From Octopus vulgaris (lineage: Eukaryota), in contig OX597827.1 in the NCBI GenBank assembly GCA_951406725.2, positions 82,398,001 through 82,462,000 on the forward strand: a DNA stretch of 64,000 nt, in the 5' to 3' direction. The position numbers and the translations under genes were made by a program. Positions 52,561-64,000 of the stretch are shown in pieces; within the stretch, counting starts at the first letter, position 1, and every line of letters starts with the position of its first letter. The notes under the pieces were generated by a model. That model made no database searches. It was given only the letters and a program-made list of their open reading frames with translations, and had not been told where the DNA came from.

Positions 52561-53191
52561 AAATAATTAGGCATCGAAATACTTCACTCGGATCCAAAAT
52601 CCATTGAGTTTTACCTCTGATGGTGGAATACACATAAGCATGTGTACCTGTAATGAAGTTGGGTCCAATCAATATTTCTCTACTTAATCTTAACTGAAGA
52701 CTAACATCAAACCATGACAAATGTACATTACAAGGATAATCTCACACGAAATGAGAAACCGGTATGTGATAATATACTTTTGAATACTTTTACTAATTAC
52801 AATATGAGTAGAATTGTCCATTTTATTCTCTTTATAAATTTTACTATTTATAAATGGCATAAAAGCATAAAGTAATATATTTTACATTTAGTTCACACTT
52901 TAATTGAGCTCAACAACTGTTTCATTAAGATAAACACACTTAATGTATAATTACAAAATATAATTTAGTGATCCATAATTAATTTAAATGAAATTAATTT
53001 CAAAATGTATTTACCCAAATCATCAGAAATGTTAGGTTAATTAGCAACAATTTATTCTTTGATGTTTATACATCAGTTTTCTCTCTCCTCTCCTCTCTAT
53101 CTCTCTCTCTCTCTCTCTCTTTCTTTCTCTCTCTCTCTCTCTCTCTGTCTCTCTGTCTCTCTCTTCTCCTCTCTCCCCCTCTCTGTACATA

Positions 53192-54010
53192 CAGGGTGGG
53201 GGAAGCAAAACTTGTATTAAAAGTTACACTAATATTTCGCAGAAACCACAACACCAAATGATATGAAATCTAAGGCAGAACAAAGAATACATTGTCTGCT
53301 AATAATGAACTTTTTTGCAGGAATATTGGAGAATGTGAATGCACAGGAAGACAAACACCAAAGAGTATGTGATTTGGTCCAAGCAGAACCTATGAAAGCC
53401 AGAATACTGAAGAGATGCAAAAAGGCTCTTACATACTTCAAGAAGAATGGGTCCACTGCGAAAATCTTCTCTGATAGAAAGATCTTCTCAGTTGATGCTG
53501 TTGTGAACTGCAGAAACGACCAGTACATTGTGGTATCAACAGCTGACATCAGGAACACTTTCAGACCAAAACATCTAGCCCAGGTCATAGCCTTCGGTGA
53601 TGAGGCCTTTGATGGAAGAAAGATGCTCATCTACTTCTACAAGCCCAGTGAAAAAGTTAATGCTGATGCCTACTACAAGACACTAATGTATGATCTCAAC
53701 CCTCTGGGCTATGCCATGTGGGGCATTTTGGAGCATGCTACAAACAAAAGGTTCTAGCTCAACATCAACTCTCTAAAGGTTGCCATCTATGAGGGGTGGG
53801 CCAGGATATACAGTGACTTTGTGGTGAAGAGTTCTGGGGCCGTGTGGAGGCCATAATTGCAAACAATGGAAGCCACATAGATTAAATTCTTCGTTTTGTA
53901 ATAAAATTTGAATGTTTTTTAACCTGTTTTTGAATTACTAAACCTATAAATGTGCAATGAGAGAGTTTCAAACGTTACAGCAATTCTGCAAGTTTTGCCT
54001 CCCCACCCTG
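53192..54010 (+). mobile_element. Internally deleted maT/DD37D-like Tc1/mariner
   Basis: TA-flanked TIRs CAGGGTGGGG(GAA/AG)GCAAAACTTG. Translation includes KIFSDRKIFSVDAVVNCRND and DLNPLGYAMWGILE. Confidence 0.88.
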
Positions 54011-54022
54011 TATATATATGTG

Positions 54023-54070
<48 letters not shown>

Positions 54071-55327
54071 TATATATATAAACCCCCACACACACAACTA
54101 AGTTTATCTAGTGTTTCTCTGCTTGTTATTAAGGACCACACTTGATACCTTATATTCGCAGTCTCTGTTTTACTGGTATCGATAGGAGCAGTGGTGGTGG
54201 TGGTGGTGGTGGTGGTGGTGGTGGTGGTGGTGGTGGTTGTAGTGGTGGTGGTGGTAGTAGTGGTGGTGGTGGTGGTAATGCTGTGAACTGAAACCTGAAA
54301 CTCACCCCACCCTCATCTCTTCACCATAACAACCTGAAGACAACATCTAAAACCACTACAACCTCCTCCACCCCCACCACTACCATCCCTAAAACTACCA
54401 CCACCACCACCACCACCACCACCATATTAAATAAGTGATGTGTATATAAAACAGTTAATTGAATTCCCTCCCCCTCACCAGCAGCCCCTCCCCCTCCCCA
54501 CTTCTCTCTTGTGTCCACTGTGTATTAAGGCTGTATACTGTTATAGATAGACACACAGACAGACGCAACAGGGGTGTGGGGGGACAGGGGGTGAGCAGTG
54601 GGGCTTGAGGGGGGGTCAGCAGTGAGGTTTGATGTTGGCAGGAAAGGAGTGTAGTTCGCGGGGGGGGGGGGGGGAGGTCTGTTTTTTTTTTTTATGTAAA
54701 CACCAGGGATATACAGCAACCGCGTGTATGCATATACACCCAGGGGGGATCACTGTTATATAGCCAGGGGTGGTGAGGGTGGGGAAAGGGGGTATGATGG
54801 TAGTAAAGTGGCTGTGGGAGTGATGATGATGATGATGATGAAGAGGAGAATGGTTTATGATGATGATGACGGTAACGGAGGCAGTGGTGATGACGATGCC
54901 ACAATTAAATGCAAGAAATAAATTAAGAGATAAAATTATATGGAGGTCGGTTTCTTATATAGATATGTTTTTTATAGACATACATATGCATGTATATGTA
55001 TAGTATGTGTGTTGTGTGTGTCTATGCAAGTATGTGTGTGTGTGTGCGTATGTGTGTGCAATACACATACACGCACATATGTATGCATGTATGTATGCAA
55101 ACACATCTATGCATTATTCCCTCTCCATATAACTTCATCTCCAAATTTATTTCTCTCTCATCTAATTGCATCATCATCATCATCATCATCATAAACTACC
55201 ACCCCATCTACACAATACTCCACTACCTTCAACATAAATGTATACATACATTTACACACACATATATATATTTATATATTTATATATATATATATACACA
55301 CATATACTGCATGTATGTATGTATGTG

Positions 55328-55372
<45 letters not shown>

Positions 55373-57639
55373 AAGAATATTACTCATTTTTCAGGGTATT
55401 TCCCTGTCATACACACTTATCCATTATGTAAAACATACACACACACACACACACAGACATACACATGCATACACACATACACACACACACACACATGTGG
55501 ACCCACAGCTACACATCAGAGAAATATGTTTATTGGTTAATAATAATTATGAACGAATGATAATAATAAAAGCTATAATAATAATAACAATAATAATAAA
55601 AATAATAATAATAATGATAATAATAATGATGATGATGATGATGATGATGATGATAATAATTTTGATGGGTGGTAGAGGCAATAACAACAATGTAACATCA
55701 ACAACAATAACAACAACAATATTGATGTAACAATATAGAAAAAAATTAATTATCTCAATTGTGTTATTCTTAATTTCAGTGGTTGTAGGGTGTGGAGGTG
55801 GGCATGGGTGAAGTGGCGTTGCAGCAGGGTAGGGCAGTGGGGATGCAACGGTGTGGGGGTGGTTGTGTTATACAGAAACTTCACCGACACTGCTGCATCA
55901 CCACTGCTGCCACCACCATTGCCACAACCCCTCCCCACCACCACCACATTCGCCACCACCACCACATTCGCCACCACCACCACCACCACCTACTACGACA
56001 ACAAACTGACTACAGAGCTGCCATGTGGTCTCTTAGCAAGCAAGAAAGAGCAGTCAGTTCTGCCTCCAATTACACTTTACCTTCTTAAAATCAAAGGACT
56101 GTTTGGACAATGTAGTCATAAATATATATAAAGATGGGATAGCCATGGATGGAACATCTTCAGTTCTTAGTTTACTTGATCAAAGCTAGTTTGGGACTAA
56201 ACAACCACAAAAACAACAACAACAACCAACACCACTTCATGGTGCAACTACAACCACCCCTGCATCACTGACACAACCAACACTACACTACAACCATGCC
56301 CTCCACCACCACGATTCATCAGAACAATCATTGTTGGAGAAGAAGACCTTTTAGCTTGTTGGTACTGACTTCCTTAATGTGGTTAGCACAACTCCAAGAA
56401 ATAATGGGACATATGCTGGTCCCTCAAAAGGAGATATATTTCTGGGGTTTATGGAGACAGGAGACAATCCCAGTTAAAGGTGATTGGTAACTGACCAGTG
56501 ATGTTATGGTGGTCAGTAGATTGCCATCTGACTTTATTACATTAATTATTGACCAAGTGTTTCAGGTCACAGAGCCTGACACCTTCAGGGTCACTTGGTC
56601 AGAGTTCAGAGTTCATTGAGAGAGGGTCATGTAAAAGACATAATGCTCCAGCTGGAATTGGTGGAAGTGTGTAATGTAATTGTCAGACAGTTTTAAATGT
56701 TTATTTAGTAATTTGTAGTGTTGTAAGCTTCATGAAAGTCCCCAGCAAATGTGTCATTCATTTAGCAAACGTCTATGTCAGATCTCTGCAGAAATGGTAT
56801 TTTGAAGCAGATCAACTTAGGACAAAAAAAACGATTTTGCTTTTTAGTTTTACTAACAGAAGATTCTCAGATTATGTAAAAGTTTACCCATTTATCTGGA
56901 AGAGAAGAAACAATTGTCTTCAGACGTTTTTTATACGAGTATGTACCCTTGATAAACAACCACCCACAATAGTTACCTGCATGGCAGGATGGCCACATAA
57001 GAAATATCAGGAAGAGGTGCTCACTCCCGTAGTGGGAAGAGAAGCTTGAATAACATAAAAACAGAACAGATATCCAAAGAATTTCTTAATGAAAAACAGA
57101 ATAAAAAGCAGACAACGAAAAATCAAACATAGAAAGCTTGGGTCTTAAACCATTACATTTGTACGGTAGGGGATGCAAAAAGGGAATGGGTTGAAAAGAA
57201 TTAGTTTGATGGTAAAAACAGCAATGACAACAACAGCAGCAACAAAGTTCCACCCTTTAGAAATTTTGTGAAGCAAAAGGAAAACTTAACTTCTTCCAGC
57301 TCAAGGAAAAGGAAACAATGGATGAAGTATGTTACAAATGTCAGTACATCTTTGCCTGACAAATTTATCCATGATAAAGTGAGAAGGGAGGCAACATACT
57401 GTGTTCCATAAGAGAAAGGGAACATCTATATGGCATTGCAAAAGATGTTAACCTGGGTAGAGCATATGCATGTGTATACCTGGCTTTTGCTACTAAGGGT
57501 GTAATAAAGAGACAGAATAGATGAATCACATACCCTCTCAATGACAGTGTTACTATATATGGAAACAAAAAGGTATATAGGAAATAGACAGGGGTGTTAG
57601 TTGTGCTATAAGGGCCTACCTTGAGATTTTGTCAACAGG

Positions 57640-57880
57640 TTTTACTAGAAAACTCTCTGTGTTCACAAGGCCTCACCACTGGACATTTTTATGGGAGGTA
57701 TTTAAAAGATAAGATTCACAGTAGGGAAATGGCAACAGTCAAAGAATTAAGGGCAGCCATTGAATGAGAATGTCCATAAATCCCAAATGAAGTATATTTC
57801 TTGCTGTTTGCAATTCCTTTGCTTCTCATTATTAACAATGTCTGGACCTGAATGAGCATCAGTTTGAAAATAAGCTTTCA
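57640..57880 (+). mobile_element. Degraded Tc1/mariner transposase C-terminal fragment
   Basis: Remnant YLKDKIHSREMATVKELRAAIE...QCLDLNEHQFEN resembles DLTPLDFFLWGYLKDKVY-type transposase ends. Confidence 0.55.
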
Positions 57881-58281
57881 TAAAAAAACGAAATTATGTC
57901 TGTAGATTCTATTAAATTTTGAAAATGAAATGCATTTTTATAAACAGACTTTAATAATCTCCATTGTGATTGGTTCAACTGAAGTGGACTACTTTGAGAT
58001 GGAGCACTCAATACATAATACAAGTGTAGAACTCTAAATGTGTGTGTGTTTGTATGTCTGCATATGTGCATGTGTGTGTGTGTGTGTGTGCATACATACT
58101 CATGTTTTACAAACCACTTCTGCATGACACATTTTGTAGTGTATCTGCAAGCCCTTGTGGCTAATAAAGGGTTAGTGGTGGTGGTGGTGGTGGTGGTGGT
58201 AGTGGTGGTGTGTGTCATTACTGTGTCAACATTAAGGGTCAGAGTAGGTAAGGTGTGGGGAGGTGTAGTGCAGTGAGAGAA

Positions 58282-58319
<38 letters not shown>

Positions 58320-58814
58320 TAAGAAGTTGAGAGGTATGGCCTGAATGGGTGAGGGAAGAAAGTGGGGGTGCAAATATGGGTATAAGAGGGGATTAGAGGA
58401 GTAGTAAGAGGGAGTGTGGTGAGAGTAAAGGAGAGGGAGAATATGGGAGGAAAGAGAAATGAGAAATAGAGAGTGGGGGAGGGGGGAAATGGGAATGGGA
58501 TGTAGAAAGCAGAGAGAGAGAGGAGAAACTAGTGTGAGGGGGAGGAGGAGGACAGACAGGAAAGAGAGAGAGAGGGGGTGACAGTAATAAATATTGAGAG
58601 GAAGAGAGAGAGAGAGAGAAAGTATGTATGCATGTGTGTGTGCGTGTGTGTGTGTGTGTGTGAGTGTGTAAGGGAAAGTGGAGGAAGTAAATAGAAGGAG
58701 GAATGGTGAGAGGAAGGGGTTTACATTGACTTTTATGTTTGGACAAGGTTTTCAATTAATTCTCCATCATTTCTCCCCTCTACACTCCACTTTCACACAC
58801 AAACACACACACAC

Positions 58815-58872
<58 letters not shown>

Positions 58873-58933
58873 GTCTTTTTCTGTACATGTCATCTATGTG
58901 TATATGTGTGTGTATGAGATGATGCAGAAATGC

Positions 58934-58980
<47 letters not shown>

Positions 58981-59014
58981 CATCTATGTATCTATCTGTC
59001 TGTTTGTCTGTCTA

Positions 59015-59167
<153 letters not shown>

Positions 59168-59751
59168 TCGATTCGTTCATTTCGTTCCGTTCTTCTTTCT
59201 CTAAGTACTGTTTTATATATATATATATATATATATATCCACCTACCTCTCTATCTATCTGTTTGTCTTTGTCTCTGTCATTGTCTTTCTCCCTCTCTCT
59301 CTTCTCTGTAGGTTTCCTGTATATCAGAAAACCTGTATGCGGCTATGTCCGTGTATCTGTCTGTCTGTCTTCTCTCTGTCTGTCTGTCAGCACACATGTC
59401 TGTCTGTCTCTTGTTTTTATTCAAGTCAAGAAGGGGGGGAAACTAAATAAACAGTTTCAAATTCACTCCATCGTGTGTAAACACAAACATTCATACACAT
59501 GTATGTATATTAGTAGAGCCGTGTGTATGTATATATATATACACTCATGTATACATGGCAGAGTCTGTTTGTGTCAATACAGATTTAGAAGTGTTTATGT
59601 TTTGTGTGTCGTAAGAGAATGAATATATGTGTGTATGTGTTTGTGTGTGGGTATGTGTGTGTAAGTATATATGTATGTATATTTCTGTGTATATGTTGTG
59701 AAAATTTGTTTCATTATACTCGCTATATGTATGACATTTGCAAGTATTTCC

Positions 59752-59793
<42 letters not shown>

Positions 59794-60299
59794 CTACATA
59801 TATATATATATAAAACTACATATATATACATATAATGATATAAAAAAAATATATAAATATATGCATATATACCTACATATATATGTATATATACATGTAC
59901 CCATATATGCATGTATATATACATGTATATGTAGGTATGTACATATATGTATGTATATATGCATATATTTATATATTTTTTATATCATTATATGACCGAA
60001 TGTCACACATTCATTTCCAAGTATATATACATATATACTTATATATACACACACATACAAGTATACGTGTGTGTGTATACATACACATACATATATTTCC
60101 TGTTTGGTTATGTGCAGTTATAGATGTATGCATATACACAGCACAACTAGACATGTATATATACACATATACACATACAAATCTTATGCACAAATATATA
60201 CATGTAAACATACATAAACACAATGATTATTATACACATATACTCACACATATACACATAGCATGTAATATGCAACACACATGGACTGTACACACATGC

Positions 60300-60333
<34 letters not shown>

Positions 60334-61020
60334 CATAAACACATATATAGACAAGGTACATGCACAAAACATGCAGCACGCACTCTCATCACATACATAC
60401 ACACACATGCACATAAACAAAGTTTGCACACATACACACACACACATACACACATACACACACACACATACACACATACACACACTCATCAAGACACCAC
60501 AGCATACGCAGGAACACAACACATGCACATTAATAGTGCATACTTGCACAAGCTGCACACACACACGTAGCCACCATAAAGACATACAGGTACACACACA
60601 CACACACACATATACAGCACGCAGACATGCAGCTGGCCTTCACTGCATGCTGGTAATTTCCCCACCCCACCACCACCACCACCACCACTGCACTGCTGAA
60701 ATGCATTCGTATGCACAGGACACGCTGAGATAAGAGTTTGGCCGTTAAGGTGCACCAGCGCAACATTGCCGCACATCTGTCAGAGTTGCAAGGAAGACAG
60801 CGTGTGTTCTCTGTTGTTGTGTGGTGTGGCACAGTGTGACACAGTCTGACACAGTGTGGCGTATTTACCTGGATGAGACAGTGCTGAGGATTAATTAACT
60901 CAGGTATGTCATACTTTACTAACCATCAACGTCTATTTTTAGTGTGGAGGAGAGGGGAAGATGGAGGAAAGTTTGTCTCTAAACAACAACAGTAACTTAT
61001 TATTGTGGATTGTAATAACA

Positions 61021-64000
<2,980 letters not shown>

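Noticed and set aside
56549-56600. Hammerhead-like motif on the minus strand (CUGAAGG...GAAACACUU) with a 9-bp inverted repeat
   Set aside because: The core is mutated and the stems are ambiguous. It may be a Penelope relic but is too degraded to call.

Overview
This is eukaryotic, AT-rich, microsatellite-dense animal DNA. It is most likely an Octopus (coleoid cephalopod) genome, inferred from the protocadherin type and the repeat landscape. I can support one host gene, a + strand protocadherin. Its large exon (splice acceptor at 4937-4938, ATG 4965, donor after 7346) encodes a signal peptide, six cadherin repeats, a TM segment and a proximal tail. Two small, phase-compatible cytoplasmic exons follow at 22711-22879 and 25171-25226, predicting about 868 aa; the ORF track does not show this model. 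The rest is a transposon graveyard: RTE LINE fragments and RTE-tailed short elements, tRNA-derived SINEs, non-autonomous Helitrons, Tc1/mariner copies (DD37D, DD34D-type and one DD36E), a piggyBac relic, Penelope-type minimal hammerhead ribozyme motifs, fold-back elements and simple repeats. Nearly all other listed ORFs are microsatellite artefacts. The most notable observations are an apparently mutated splice donor with an in-frame rescue donor, a calcium-motif-free EC3-EC4 linker, several hammerhead motifs in the Pcdh introns, a diverged ~57-bp array of dyad-symmetric motifs, a DD36E Tc1 element, and higher-order structure in a 3-kb (ATT)n array. All calls come from reading the sequence by eye; no searches were run.
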